A DNA stretch of 64,000 nucleotides from the human T2T-CHM13v2.0 reference genome, Homo sapiens (GCF_009914755.1 NC_060936.1); one strand, 5' to 3'; positions 1-16,496 are shown, counted from the first letter of the stretch. Notes: generated by a model from the sequence alone, not told the origin. Numbers and translations are program-made.

Positions 1-429
1 ATCTTGGCTGTTTCTAGGTATACAGAAGAAATGTATTATTGTTACAGAAGAAGTGTATTTTTGCTTCCAGGTATATAGAAGAACTGTATTATTATTGTAT
101 TATTGTTAGAAAAAATATATAATGTAAGAATGAATTCACGTGTTTTATAACCAGACTGCTGTAACCAGGCATATATTTGTGAGATGGTTGATCAGAAGTA
201 TTGTCAATGGAAATATAACAGAACAATGCTACTTTATAAACAAAATGTCAAAACCTATGTCCTTGGCTTTATTAGCCCAATGATCTGAACAAATGTAATA
301 AATAACAAGTACAAATTCTATTGTGGAAAATTTGTGGACTAATAAATTTTAATTCTATGTCTATTTTCAGGAGAAGTTAGGTAACTGTGAAGGTAGTGAA
401 AATCATAGTTTAAAGAATCGTTAGTTAAC

Positions 430-695
430 ACAGAAACAAAAAAAATGCTGCATATTCTAACTTATAAGTGGGAGCTAAACAGTGAGTACATATTGACACA
501 AATAAGGGAACAACACACACTAGGCTTACCTGAGGGTAGAGAGTGGAAAAAGGATAAGGATTTTAAAAGGGTACCTATCAGGTACTATGCTTACTATCTG
601 GGTGACAAAATGTCTGTACACCAAACTCCCATGACACATGCAATTTACCCATGTAACAAACCTGCATGTGTACACTCTAAACCTGAATCTAAATC
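430..695 (+). mobile_element. L1 3' UTR fragment, older primate lineage (L1PA15-16/L1PB-like)
   Basis: Contains ataagtgggagctaaac...tacctatcaggtactatgctt...gtaacaaacctgcatgtgtac, typical of older L1P 3' ends. Confidence 0.8.
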
Positions 696-1113
696 AATTT
701 CATATTGCATGTACTGTATATTCCATAATCATTGTTGCAGATGGTAATATTGGAATAAACTCTATGACTGCATACCAGTGCTACATCTGCAAAAAGATGC
801 AGTTATGTAAGCATCCAACAATTTATGAAATAACTTTGAAAATATATTTACGCAAATTTGAATTTTATTAATGTTGCTTCTGTGGGATACTAATAGATGC
901 AAAAATTTACAAAGGCTACTGAGTGTAGATGGACAGATAATAGATAAGTATAATATATTTTGCTCTTAATAGAAACTCATTGTTTTTTGATCTGTTACCT
1001 ATAAAACACATGGTCAGACATGGGACCTAAAATATCCATGTAAAACAAAACGTAACATAACTTTCTTAAAAACATCTCAATCCAAAGGTGGGTTGATGCT
1101 ATACTTCCATTAA

Positions 1114-3924
<2,811 letters not shown>

Positions 3925-4561
3925 AAAAACATATTTAGAGGAAGTACACATGTAATAATATAAATTTGTGACTATATGATTAAAATATAAAATCCAACAG
4001 GTAAGTTATATATTTTTTCAAAAGTATTAAGTTTTAAATTTTTTCTTATTAGTATTTCACAATATAGTTTGCATCTTAATATAAGTAAATAAAGATGAAG
4101 AACAGAATATTTAATGAACACAAAGTCTTGGAAATTATCAGAGATTAAAAAGTTCACTTAAACTGCATGAAATATTGATATTAACAAGGAAAAACAGCAT
4201 TAATATTAAATTTTTCAATGGCGAAACTACTAGAAAAAAAAGAGGTGACTTTTGCAACATGAATATCATGCAAAGTCTACCTATATCCCCAAACTATCAC
4301 CTTTTCCCATAGTAGATAGAATATTTTCTTAATAACAAACAACTAACAAACAAAAACAATTTGCTAAAGTGTACGATGGTTTTTTCCATGTTATAAATTA
4401 CATAAACTAGACATATTTAGAGTTACGATGTATAGTTGAAATTTACTAGATGTAATAAAATATGCTGTGCTATAACATTTATGAACTAAAATCTTGTTTC
4501 AAAAACATAGTTAATCCCATGAATATATCACAATATATTTTAGCACAAATTTTCCAGAAAC

Positions 4562-4591
4562 GTGTGTGTGTGTGTGTGTGTGTGTATGTGT
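4562..4591. repeat. (TG)n microsatellite
   Basis: Visible GT run. Confidence 0.95.
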
Positions 4592-4699
4592 TTTAATTGT
4601 AAATGTATATTTAACATCTCTTATATTGGTACATTGTTGAATGCAGTTTCCAAAATTATATTTCTCAATTACTTTAAGGTCTGCAATATTAGCAGGTAA

Positions 4700-5520
4700 A
4701 ATTTTCTAATCATAAGAAAATAAAATTGGAAAGCCAATAACAAAAACTATCGTTAAAGATCCTATATTTCTAGTAATGAAACATTGATTTAAAGAAGAAT
4801 TCATAAAATAAATCTAAGTAACAAAGCAATGCATGTTAAAATTTGTGGGGCATAGCAAAAGCAAAACTTAGAAGTTTATAGCTCTAAATTGTATTTGGAC
4901 ACAATTTTAATTTATTGGAACACAAATTAATATTCAATAGAGTCAACAAAATATGAATAAATATAATATGACTAGATGTCTATAATAATAAAGCCAGGAA
5001 ATAATGGATAATATTGAAACTTTAAAATAATTGAAAAGTTAGACAATGTTTTGATGAGAATGAGAAAGTCAATGTAAGACAGAAAAGGCAAAAATGAACA
5101 AAATTAAAAAGGAATATATTTACAAGCACAAAATATTTTGTAAAATAATTTGAATACCTTGATGAACCATACATTTTGGAAAAAAAAATTAAAGCACTAA
5201 AATCAGTATGAGGGAATGTAAATTGATGACAGAAAAAACAATAATTTAGAAAACCATTGATTGATTAAATAGCTCAAAAAAACTGAGATCTAGAATAATT
5301 TCAAGTGAATTTTACCAAGTTACTCAATTTTGTGCATTTTTATACATAATTAGGAAACAGAAGAATAATCCCAAACAAATTTAATAGAAGCTATAGCTTG
5401 TTACTAAACTTAGTAAGAATAATGCATAAAGGAAATACAAATATAGTGCCCTGTAAGTAAGAGTAACTCAATCTTCTGAACATGAGACTATAACATAAAA
5501 TAAATGACACTTAATCAAAT
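4700..5520 (+). mobile_element. Highly degraded L1M ORF2 fragment
   Basis: aaaatttgtggggcatagcaaaagc...tttatagctctaaat resembles L1 ORF2 post-endonuclease region; strong A-rich strand bias. Confidence 0.5.
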
Positions 5521-6424
5521 AAAAATAAATTATGTTTCATGGTGACTAATCCTTTGTTTGGAGCCGAATTTTTTCGACAATACTATAAGGTAATTTATAG
5601 TATTTTCTCCCTAGGGTATTAAATTTGTAGACACTTATCTCTTATGGCACAACAAATGTAATCAAGATTTTTAAGACTTCAAGAATGGATGTTTTATTTC
5701 AACGATGCCAATAATTTAACTCAAATAGAAGTAAAATATATGAATTTTCTAATTTATGCTTGAGATAGGTTTCTTTTGGCATTTAGCTATTGTAAGTTGT
5801 TTGGATATGTGTATCCATTATACTTTTAAATCAGTTGACTCAGAGTGCTTCTGTTTCCACTATAAAATTTGATAAATAAACTTTGTAGCAGAAAAGGAAA
5901 TATATTTGCTCTTTGAGGGTAAACCTATTCTCAATAATATAACTTCAAAAGGTGCTAATTTTTATGAGGTATGGGTGTAAAGCTTCAGGCTAGAAAAAAC
6001 TCTAATGACTTGTGATTGGCACCATTAATAACTTCTGTGTGTTCTTATTCAGAGTATCATGAAGCTGCTTTGTACTGCATGTTTTCTTTCCTTTCCAGAA
6101 CCTTACTTGGAAGAAATCAGTTGAGTTCCAAAAGCCCAGTACTGATAAGAACAATTTCCCTACAGCATTTGTTGGCTGGAGATTCAATACTACATTTTCA
6201 AGTAGAATTTCAAGTCTTATATGAAAAAGCCCAATAATAAATCTAATTCCAAATTTTACAGATAGATTGATAGATATACATAGATCGTTTTAATATATTT
6301 TAAAGTGCGTTTTACAAAGTCATGAAATATTTTTAGTGAGAAAAACATCTACTACTGATATACCAAGGTGTGTATTGATATAATTAATTTGAATACGTGT
6401 ACTTTGAATTCAGATACAGAAAAC

Positions 6425-6518
6425 ACGCACAAAGCTAAAAAGCTGAAAAAGTGACTGAGTCAAGATTTGAATTAATTCTGAACTCCAAGATTAAGCTCTT
6501 AATCACTACATCTGCTTC
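6425..6518 (-). mobile_element. MIR fragment
   Basis: gagtcaagatttgaa...ctccaagattaagctcttaatcactaca resembles the MIR 5' half in reverse. Confidence 0.45.
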
Positions 6519-6552
6519 TATGCCAAACCATATTAGAAACTGTTCTAATTCA

Positions 6553-6907
6553 TGTTATTAACTGAATGTTTGTGTACCTCCACAATTTGTATGTTGAAAC
6601 CCGAATCCCAATGTGATGGTAGGTGCCTTTGGGTGGTGATTAGGTCATAAGAGTAGAATGCTTGTGAGTGGGATTAGTGCTCTTATGAAAGAAACCCCAG
6701 AGAGTTCTCTCATCCACTTTCTACCATATGCAGATGCAAGAAAAAGGAGAAAGTCTGCAAACTGGAAAGGGGCCATGAGTAGAACTTGACCATGCTGGCA
6801 CCCTGATCTCAGACTTTCAGCTTCCAGAACTGCGAGAAATACATTTATGTTCTTTAAAAGCCTCCGTCCATGATAGCTTCTTATAGCAGCCCAAATATAA
6901 TAAGACA
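6553..6907 (+). mobile_element. MaLR solo LTR, MLT1A-like
   Basis: tgttatta...ctgaatgtttgtgtacctcc...gctggcaccctgatctcagactttcagcttccagaact...taagaca; TG...CA ends, ~355 bp. Confidence 0.85.
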
Positions 6908-7214
6908 TCAAAACAGTGGGGAAAAATTCTGCTGTCACAATAGTAGCCAAGTTCTTCATTTTCAGAGTTAGAAGACATGCTATTTGTTAGTAGGTTTTTA
7001 CCAATCATGGTGCCTATCCTCATGAAAGGCAGTCATTTTAGTTTTCATAGAATATTTTCAATTAGTTTAAAATTTATATGCTTTCCAAATACTGTGAAGT
7101 TCCATTAAATTACCTTTGTATCCAGTTTTTATTCTAAATTTTTTTACCATTTTATTTATCTTTTAATCATTATTTTAGGTTCATTACAAAACAAGGACAA
7201 TGTTCGTGATAGCA

Positions 7215-9940
7215 TAAATCAATTAAGTTACCAACATGACTGTGCTTTTATATTTATATTCTTTTTATCCTTCATCCTCCCCTCTACCATTCTCAACCTC
7301 TGGTAACCACCATTTTATTCTCTATCTTTATGAGATCCACTTTTTTAGCTCTGACATATAAGCGAGAACATATGATATTTGTCTCTGGCTTATTTCACTT
7401 AACGTAATAGCCTCTAGTTCCATCCATGTTGCTCCAAATGGCAGTATTTTATTGTTTATGGTTAAATAATATGCTATTATTGTCTAGGCACTTAAGTTGA
7501 TTCCACATGTTGGCTATTGTGAATAATGCTGCAATAAACACAGAAGTGCAGGTATTCCTCATTGATCTCCTTTCCTTTGGATATATACCCAGTAGATGAA
7601 TTGCTGAATCATATTGTAGTTATATTGTTAGCTCTTTAGGAACATTCATACTGTTCTTTATAGTGGTTGCAGTAATTTGCAGTTCCACCAATAGTGTACA
7701 AGGGTTCCTCTTTCTCCGCATGCTCACTGGTGTGTTAATCCCTGTCTTTTTGATACAAAACATTTTAACTTGGGTGAGATCATATCTCATTGTGGTTTCG
7801 ATTTGCATTTCTCTTATGATTAGTGATATTGAGCTTTTTTCATGTACCTGTTTACCATTTGTAAGTATTCTTTTGAGAAATGTCTGTTTAGAGTTTTGCC
7901 CAATTTTTAATTGGATTATTATTATTATTAGTTTTGCTGCTAAGTTGTTTGAACACCTTGTGTATTCTGGTTATTTGTTAGATAGGTAGTTTGCAAATAT
8001 TTTCTCCCTTTCTATGGGTTGTCCCTTCACTTTGTTGATTGTTTGCTTTACTGCACAGAAGCTTTTTAGCTTGATATATAATCAAATTTGTCTATTTTTG
8101 CTTTTGTTGCCTGGGCTTTTGAAGTCTTACCAAAAAAAAAAAAAATTGCCTAGGCTAATATCCTAAAGCATTTTTCCATTTTCTTCTTCTGGTAGTTTCA
8201 TAGTTTCAGGTCCTAGATTTAAGTCTCTTTTTTTTTTTTTTTTTTTTTTTTTTTGAGATGGAGTCTCGCTCTGCTGCCCAGGCTGAAATGCAGTGGTGCA
8301 ATTTCGGCTCACTGCAACCTCCGCCTCCCGAGTTAAAGCCATTCTCCTGCCTCAGACTCCCCAGTAGCTGGGATTACAGGCATGGGCCACCACACCCAAC
8401 TAATTTTTGTACTTTTAGTAGAGACGAGGTTTCACCATGTTGGCCAGGCTCGTCTTGAACTCCTGACCTCAGGCGATCCGTCTGCCTTGGCCTCCCAACG
8501 TGCTGAGATTATAGGCTTGAGCCACCAGGCCCGGCTGATTTAAGTCTTTAATTCATTTTGATTTGATTTTTATTTATGATAAGAGATAGGAATCTAGTTT
8601 CATTATTTTGCATATAGTTATCCAGTTTTCCTAGCATTATTTAGTGAAAAGACTGCATGTTCTTGATGCCTTTGTCAAAAATTAGTTGGCTGAAAATGCA
8701 TAAATTTATATCTGGATTCTCTTTTCTGTTCCATTGTTTTTTATGTCTGTTGTTTATGCTGGTACCATACCGTTGTGGTTACCAAAGATTCATAGTAAAT
8801 TTTGAAGTTCGGTAGTGTGATGCCTCCAGCTTTGTTCTATTTGCTCAGGATGCTTTGGCTATTGTGGACCTTTTGTGGTTTCACGTAAATTTTAAGATTT
8901 TTATTTTCCATTTCAGTGAAAAATGTCATTGGCATTTTGATAAGCATTACATTGAATCTAAATTTCTTTGAGTAGGGTTGTCATTTTAACGATACTAACT
9001 CTTCCAGTCCATGAGCCTGGAGTATCTTTCCCTGTTTTGTGTCCTCTTCCCTTTCTTCTGTCAGTTTTACAGTTTTCCTTGTACAGATCTTTTTCTTTAG
9101 TTAGATTGATTTCTAAGTATTTTATACTTTTTGTAGCTATTGTAAATGAGGTAGCTTTCTTGATTTCTTTTTCACAGTGTTTGCTGTTAATGTATATAAG
9201 TGCTACTAATTTTTGTTTGCTGATTGTGTATCTTACAACTTCACCGAATTCATTTATCAGCTCTTAACAGTTTTTTGCTGTGGCCTTTAGATTTTTTTAC
9301 GTGTAAGATCATGTCATCTGTGAACAAGACAAATATAACTTCCTCCTTTCCAATTTGAATGCCTTTTATTTTTTTTTCATTGGCCCAATTGCTCTGGCCA
9401 AGACTTCAAATATTATGTTGGACAACAGTGGTGAAAGTGGGCATCGTTTTCCTGTACCAATCCTTACAGGAAAGGCCTTCATTTTTTCCTTGTTCAGTAC
9501 CATGTGAGCTGTGGGTTTGTCTTATATGTCCTTTATTATTTTGACTAATGTTCCTTCTAGACTCGTTTTGATGTGGACTTTTATCATAAAAGGATATTGA
9601 ATTTTATCTAATGCTTTTTCATCATTTACTGAAATAATTATTTGACTTTCATTCTTAATTCTGTTAATCTGATGCATCACATTTATTGATAGGCATATGT
9701 TGAACTATCCTTGCATACTTGGTATAAATCCCATTTGATCATGGTGAATGATTATTTAGTGTGTTGTTGAACTCAGTTTGCTAGTATTTTGTTGAGAATT
9801 TTTGCATCTATGTTCATCAGTGCTATTGACTCGTAGTTTTCTTTTTTTGTTGTGTCCTTGTTTGGCATTGGCAACAGAGTAATACTGGCCTCATAGCATG
9901 CATTAGATGTATTTCCTCCTCTTCAAATTTTTTGAAATAC
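7215..9940 (-). mobile_element. 5'-truncated L1MA element interrupted by an Alu
   Basis: L1MA-type 3' UTR (ctctggtaaccaccattttattctctatc...ggcttatttcacttaac) followed by antisense ORF2. Confidence 0.85.
8227..8536 (-). mobile_element. AluS (Sx/Sz-like), full length
   Basis: Poly-T plus dimeric Alu; TSD gatttaagtct at 8216-8226 and 8537-8547. Confidence 0.95.
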
Positions 9941-11558
9941 ATGTTCCATAACTTAAGGCATTCAGGTTCTCATTTTAAATTCAAGAATAAGACAAATATT
10001 CCATGCTCCATATAACATTCCACAGGTTATTACACTGGAATAAGGGAGGACTATTTTACCACTTTGTTACATATACCTATTGATGGGGTAAAGAAGATAA
10101 AGCTTATATGCATTCATTCTGAATTATCACCTTAATGAAGTCAGTAGTTTCAGGTTTCTATGGAAATTTGTTATCAAGAAGCATACAATTTCACAGTTAA
10201 AAAGGGTCTTAATACTATGCCAATGCTCTTACCTTGTAAATGAACAAATTAAAATTCAAATTAGTTATATGATTCATCAAAATTAAAAAAAAAACTATTT
10301 AGTAAGGGAGTCCTTACTAAGTGTTGGCAAAGCTCATCCAGTTTTCTTTCCACTACAGGGGACTGCCTCCGATGAAGAATAGTAGTTGTGTAGTATTACT
10401 TAGTTTCCTTCTGTCTTCTTTTATCAAAATGATAGTATTCAATAACCAAGTATCTGAATTTTTTGTACACTATATTTTGCCAATTTTCTCAATGCCTCTT
10501 AGCTGGAAATTAAAGGCCATCTGCCCACTATATTTCTAAATAGAGTTTTCTTCAATTTGTATGTCCCTATATACAAAAAAGAAGTTCACATTTTTTTCTG
10601 TGTCTGAACAATGTTGACCTGATTTCAGAATAAATAATTCCACAAAATCTAATGATAGAACACAGAATACTACATACAAAAATGAAGATTAAAGTTTAAA
10701 AACTATAATTTCAAACTATTGATCAATGGTAATTTGGGCACCTCTAGGTTACTTCACGGGCATGTGGAAAACAAGCAAACCCTTTAGAGTGAATAGAAAT
10801 GATTAATAATAACATAATTTAATTCAATTATTTTTCACAGGTTTACTAAGCCAATATTTTCTCTTTTAATCCCCTATGGTTGGTCTATACTTCTAATCTG
10901 TCCCTTTTGTTTGATTTGCTCATTTAGAAATTGGTATTACCTCTAGTTAAGACAGAATTAGAAGAGCAACATTTAAATGAACAATTCACTAAAAAAAAAT
11001 CAATATCTATCTTTCCAAAGGCATGAAATACTCTCTTAGTGATAAAATAGTATGGAAAATACATTGTATATCTGTTTATTACTTTTTAGTTCTCAAAGGC
11101 AAATTTACTTTTACCTGCCACTTTGAAATAAATTAATTTTATCAATGAATTCAAAAATATTAATATATTTAATTTAAATGTCTTCAGATTTTTGCATGAA
11201 AGGTATATATTATATAGTTATATATATTATTTATATATTAATAGAAAGTCCTAATTTTATATGCATGTGTGTGTGTGTGTTTAAATTTTTAGAAATAATG
11301 AAATATTTTCCCTGGTCTTTACATTTAAACTGAGAGACCAAGAAAAAAAAGCAAGTAAATTCCAGCTAGAAAGTGACCAATGGAGATACAGTCTATCCAA
11401 CCTTCTCAGTGTTCGGATTCATTACAAAAATTATCTGCATTATTGCATTTTCTGCATGTTACCACTTTCTCTTAATTTTCTGAAAATTATTCATCTAATA
11501 TTTAGAAAGTGATATGGAGTATTTTAATTTTCTTGTGGCTATAAAAAAAGTCACTTCT

Positions 11559-12101
11559 GCAATAAACATATGTGTGCATGTATCTTTAAAGCAGCATGAT
11601 TTATAATCCTTTGGGTATATACCCGGTAATGGGATGGCTGGGTCAAATGGTATTTCTAGTTCTAGAGCCTTGGGGAATCACAACCAACTCAAAGGTCCAT
11701 CAATGATAGACTGGATTAAGAAAATGTGGCACATATACACCATGGAATACTATGCAGCCATAAGAAAGGATGAGTTCATGTCCTTTGTAGGGACATGGAT
11801 GAAGCTGGAAACCATCATTCTCAGCAAGCTATCGCAAGGACAAAAAAACCAAACACCGCATGTTCTCACTCATAGGTGGGCATTGAACAATGAGAACACT
11901 TGGACATAGGAAGGGGAACATCACACACCGGAGCCTGTCATGGGGTGGGGGTCAGGGCGAGGGATAGCATTAGGAGATATACCTAATGTAAATGATGAGT
12001 TAATGGGTGCAGCACACCAACATGGCACATGTATCCATATGTAACAAACCTGCAGGTTGTGCACATGTACCCTAGAACTTAAAGTATTATTAAAAAAAAG
12101 A
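11559..12101 (+). mobile_element. Short L1PA (PA4-5-like) with 5' inversion
   Basis: Antisense 11557-11681, then sense 11682-12101 with A-tail; perfect 16-bp TSD aaaaaaagtcacttct at 11543-11558 and 12102-12117. Confidence 0.95.
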
Positions 12102-13641
12102 AAAAAAAGTCACTTCTATTGTTATTGAATGTATTATTATGGTAGTTCAACAGGGTTAAGTATTGTATATTTTCTTTGTAACTGTAGTGAAATAAAAAGT
12201 CCACTGCTAAAGCCACATAGAATTTAAGGGAATACAAATCTGTGTTAACAGTGAAGGCATTTATTTTGAAGTAAAAAATAAAAACGGAAAGGCTTTGGGT
12301 TTCATCTAACTTGGTGGAGTGTGCTTTTTTATTAAATACAAAGTAATTTAGGTTTAATATAAGTATGAGATAGAGGCCGAGCTGCTAGTTTTATTTTAAA
12401 TCCACATTGGAGGCTTAAGTGGAGATTTTATTGCTCCCAGTTCTTCCTTATTTTGCTCCCTTTTCTGATGTTGTCTTTTCTCGGGGACATCTGTGGAGGA
12501 GAGTTTTCAACAGGAATGGGGAAGCAGACATATCCCTCTCAAATGGACCCCAAAGAAGCAAAGTCTTTGAACTTCAGAATATGTTTCATGATCATAAATC
12601 CACTACACTCCAAGATAAGTCCTTCTTGCTCATGATAGATTTCTATATTTATTTAAGCAAGGCACATGTAACAGGAAGCCAAGCTCCATTAGAATTCCTC
12701 AATTGATGAATCCTTTGAATATTTTAACTGCTTTATAAAGGAGTAGACTATTTTAAATAAAATAATAAAAGGATATCTTGAAAATAAATGCTTTCCTGTT
12801 TAATATGCTAAATATTTGTTACTATTGCTAGCTTACTTTCTTCCTTCTGCTTCCCTGGCCCTTTAAAACAAAACAAAACAAAAAACACACACATGCACTT
12901 TTTAATAATTGCTAGGTTACTGGGAGTAACAGTATAGTGAAAAAAATTGGTTCACAATAACTTGGACAATTTGATTTAAAACTCATGATCTCATGTTCAG
13001 CTCAAATAAATAACATTCACAATGATGTGCTGAATAAGCCAGTCATAAAAGTTGCTTTTTTTCTGTGTTTGATCAATTCAGTCTATCACCATACATAGTA
13101 CATACACCACAAAACAAGAATAATTCATAAGATATAAGAAAGGATAGATTTCAATATTTCTCTCTTGAAGGATATCATAGTTAAATTTGCATTTTTTATT
13201 GTGAAATATTTCATTATTCTCTGATCCTCAGAATGATCACCTGGGAAGCACAGGCGCAACTGTTCCATCATTTCTGACTTGATTCCTCTGTATGTCAGAG
13301 TTCCCAAAACACTTTCATTTGTGTTAGATAAATTTGAATAATTATTTATCTATATTTAATTATCAATGTAAACTATAAGCTAAGAAAAATAAAATACATA
13401 ATAAGGACAGTTTAATTTTTATCACAAAGTATTATAAAAAGAGAAGCAGAAGGACACAAAAAGGAATAATTAAAAAAAAAACTGCCCTAAAAGGCATTTG
13501 GCAAATTGCTGCTTCTTATGAAGCTCTCTGAGTATTTCACAAAAGAGGATGTTAAAGCGAGAAAATTAAAGTCTTCTCTATGGCAGACCACCTGTGAATA
13601 TAGGCCTTAGTGTGAAAAAGATAGATTTTTTTTTAATTTAT

Positions 13642-15916
13642 TTTATTAGTTTGTTCTCACCCTGCTAATAATGACATACCTGAGACTGGGTAATCTTAAA
13701 GGAAAGAGGTTTAATTGACTCACAGTTCAGCATAGCTAGGGAGGCCTCAGGAAACTTACAATCATAGTGAAAGGGGAAGCAAACATGTCCTTCTTCACAT
13801 GGCAGTAGCAAGGAGAAATGCTGAGTAAAAGGGAGAAAAACCCCTTATAAAACTATCAGATCTCATGAGAATTCACTCACTATCATGAAAAGAGCATAAG
13901 GATAACCACCCCCATGGTTTAATTACCTCCCACCAGGTCTGTCCCAGGACATGTGAGGATTATGGAAACTACAATTCAAGATGAGATTTAGGTGGGGACA
14001 CAATCAAACCATATCATTCCACCCCTGGCCTCTCCCAAATCTCTTGTCTTCAGAATTCAAAACACAATCACTCCTTCAAACAGCCACCCAAAAACTTAAC
14101 TCATTGCAACATTAACTTGAAAGTCCAAGCCCAAAATCTCATCTGAGAAAAGGAAAGTCCCTTCTGCCTATGTCCCTGTAAAATTAAAAGCAAGTTAGTT
14201 ACTTCCTAGATACAATGGGGATAGAGGAATTAAGAAAGTAGACCCATTTAAAATGGGAGATATTGGGCAAAACAAAGGGGTCACAGGCCCCATGCAAGTC
14301 TGAAATCCAATAGGCAGTCATTAAACCTTAAAGTTCCAAAATGATCTCCTTTGATTGCATGTGTCACATCCAGGTCACACTGATGCAAGAGGTGGGCTGT
14401 TATGGCCTTGGACAACTCTGCTGTGGCTTTGCAGGGTACAGTCCCCGTCCTGGCTGCTTTCACAGGCTGGCATTGAGTGACTTTTCCAGGAGCATGGTGC
14501 AAGTTGTTGGTGGATCTATGATTCTGGAGTCTGGAGGATGGTGGTCCTCTTCTTACAGCTCCACTATGCAGTGCCCCAGCAGGCACTGTTTATGCGGGCT
14601 CCAATCTCACATTTCCCTTCTGCACTGCCCCAGCAGAGGTTCTCCATGAGGGTCCTGCCTCTGCAGCAGACTTTTGCCTGGACATCCAGGTGTTTCCATA
14701 CATCCTCTGAAATCTAGGCAGAGTTTCTGAAACCTCAGTTCTTGCCTTCTGCTCACCCACAGGCCCAACACCACATTAAAAGTTTCCAAGGCTTGGGGCT
14801 TCCACCCTCTGAAGCAATGGCCTAAGCTGTATCTTCGCCCTTTTCAGTCATGCTGGAGTGGCTGGGATACAGAGCACCAAGTTACAAAGCCACACACAGC
14901 AGGGGTGGCCTTGACTTAGCCCACAAAACCATTTTTTCCTCCTAGGCCTCTGAGCCTATGATGGGAGGCACTGCCATGAAGGTCTCTGACGTGTCCTGGA
15001 GACATTTTCCACATTGTCTTGGTGATTAACATTCAGCTCCTCATCATTTATGCAAACTTTTGCAGTCAGATTGAATTTCTTCCTAGGAAATGAGGTTTTC
15101 TTTTTATGGCTTTGTCAGATTGCAAATTTTCCAAACGCTTATTCTCTGCTTCCTCTCAAACATTTTGCCACTTCAAAATTTATTCTGCCAGATACCCTAA
15201 ATCATCTCTCTCAAGATCAAAGTTCCATGGATCTCTGGGGCAGGGGAAAAATGCTGCCAGTCTCTTTGCATAGCAAGAGTGACCTTTATTTCAGTTCCCA
15301 ATAACTTTCCCATCTCTATCAGAAATCAAAGAAGCCTGACCTTCATTGTCTATATCACTATCAGCATTTTGGTCAATACTATTCAACAAGTCTCTAGGAC
15401 GTTCCAAACTTTCCCACATTTTCTTGTCTTCTTCTGAGCCTTCCAAAAGTATCCAACCTCTGCCTGTTACCTGTTCCAATCACTTCCACATATCCAGGTA
15501 TCTTTAGAGCAATGCTCCCTTCTCTGTGGTACTAAGCTACTATATTAATCCATTATCATGCTGCTAATAAAGACATACTCGATACTGGGTAATTTATATA
15601 GGAAAGTGGTTTAATTGAATCACAGTTTAGCATGGCTAGGGAGGCCTCAGGAAACAGACAATTATGGTGGAAGGGGAAGCAAACATGTTCTTCTTCAAAT
15701 GGCAGCAGCAAAGAGAGGTGCTGAGCAAAAGAGAGAAAAGCCTCTCATAAAACAATTAGATCTCCTTAGTCCTCACTCACTATCATGAGAACAGCAGGAA
15801 ACTAGCTGCCCCTATGATCTAATTACCTCCCACCAGGTCCCTTTAATGACACATAAAGATTATGGGAACTACAATTCAAGATGAGATTTGGGTGAGGATA
15901 CAGCCAAACCATAAAA
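13642..15916 (-). mobile_element. Full-length THE1C-like MaLR provirus (LTR-internal-LTR)
   Basis: Two homologous ~375-bp LTRs (13642-14016, 15541-15916) around a ~1.5-kb THE1 internal region (MaLR ORF remnant GALHSGAVRRGPPSSR on minus); 5-bp TSD tttat at 13637-13641 and 15917-15921. Confidence 0.92.
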
Positions 15917-16152
15917 TTTATTTTAAATAGCCAATTATAAAACAACTAGAAAACTTTCAGTATTAATGACAAGAAATGCTTAAACTTTTTGCCAGATATA
16001 TATGTATATTATTTATATTTTTTATTTATATATATGTAATATATATTATTTATACGTATTATTTATATAAAAACAGGAGCTAGACATATAAAATAAAGGG
16101 TTTAAGTGTCTCTCACTCTCCCCTCTCCCCAATTCTTTTCCTGGATATAAAT

Positions 16153-16155
<3 letters not shown>

Positions 16156-16210
<55 letters not shown>

Positions 16211-16232
16211 TTGTGTGTGTGTCTGTGTGTGT
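16156..16232. repeat. Compound (TA)n(TG)n microsatellite
   Basis: Visible. Confidence 0.95.
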
Positions 16233-16496
16233 ATTTACTACAGAAACTTCAAGTGGCTACCTTTGTGTCTCCTTTACTGTTTATTTGGCTTGTTAATGTT
16301 AATGCAGGCAATGCAAACTCCATTCCTGAAATAAGTCACTTGTTTGTGAGTTATTGTCCTTTTTATATATTGATGAAGCCAATATGTAATATTTTATTAA
16401 TATTTTGGCATCTATTTTTATAAAGGGCATTGACATGTATTTTTATTGTTGTAGTTGCTGTTTTTCTAGCTATATTAAAGTTGAGTAATGAGGTGA

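Noticed and set aside
350-386. Possible 10-nt microexon (ttttcag|gagaagttag|gtaact)
   Set aside because: Not frame-preserving, no gene context, and such motifs arise by chance
12380-12720. Higher-complexity non-repeat stretch as exon or enhancer
   Set aside because: No recognisable protein motif or clear splice pair; cannot be supported without conservation data
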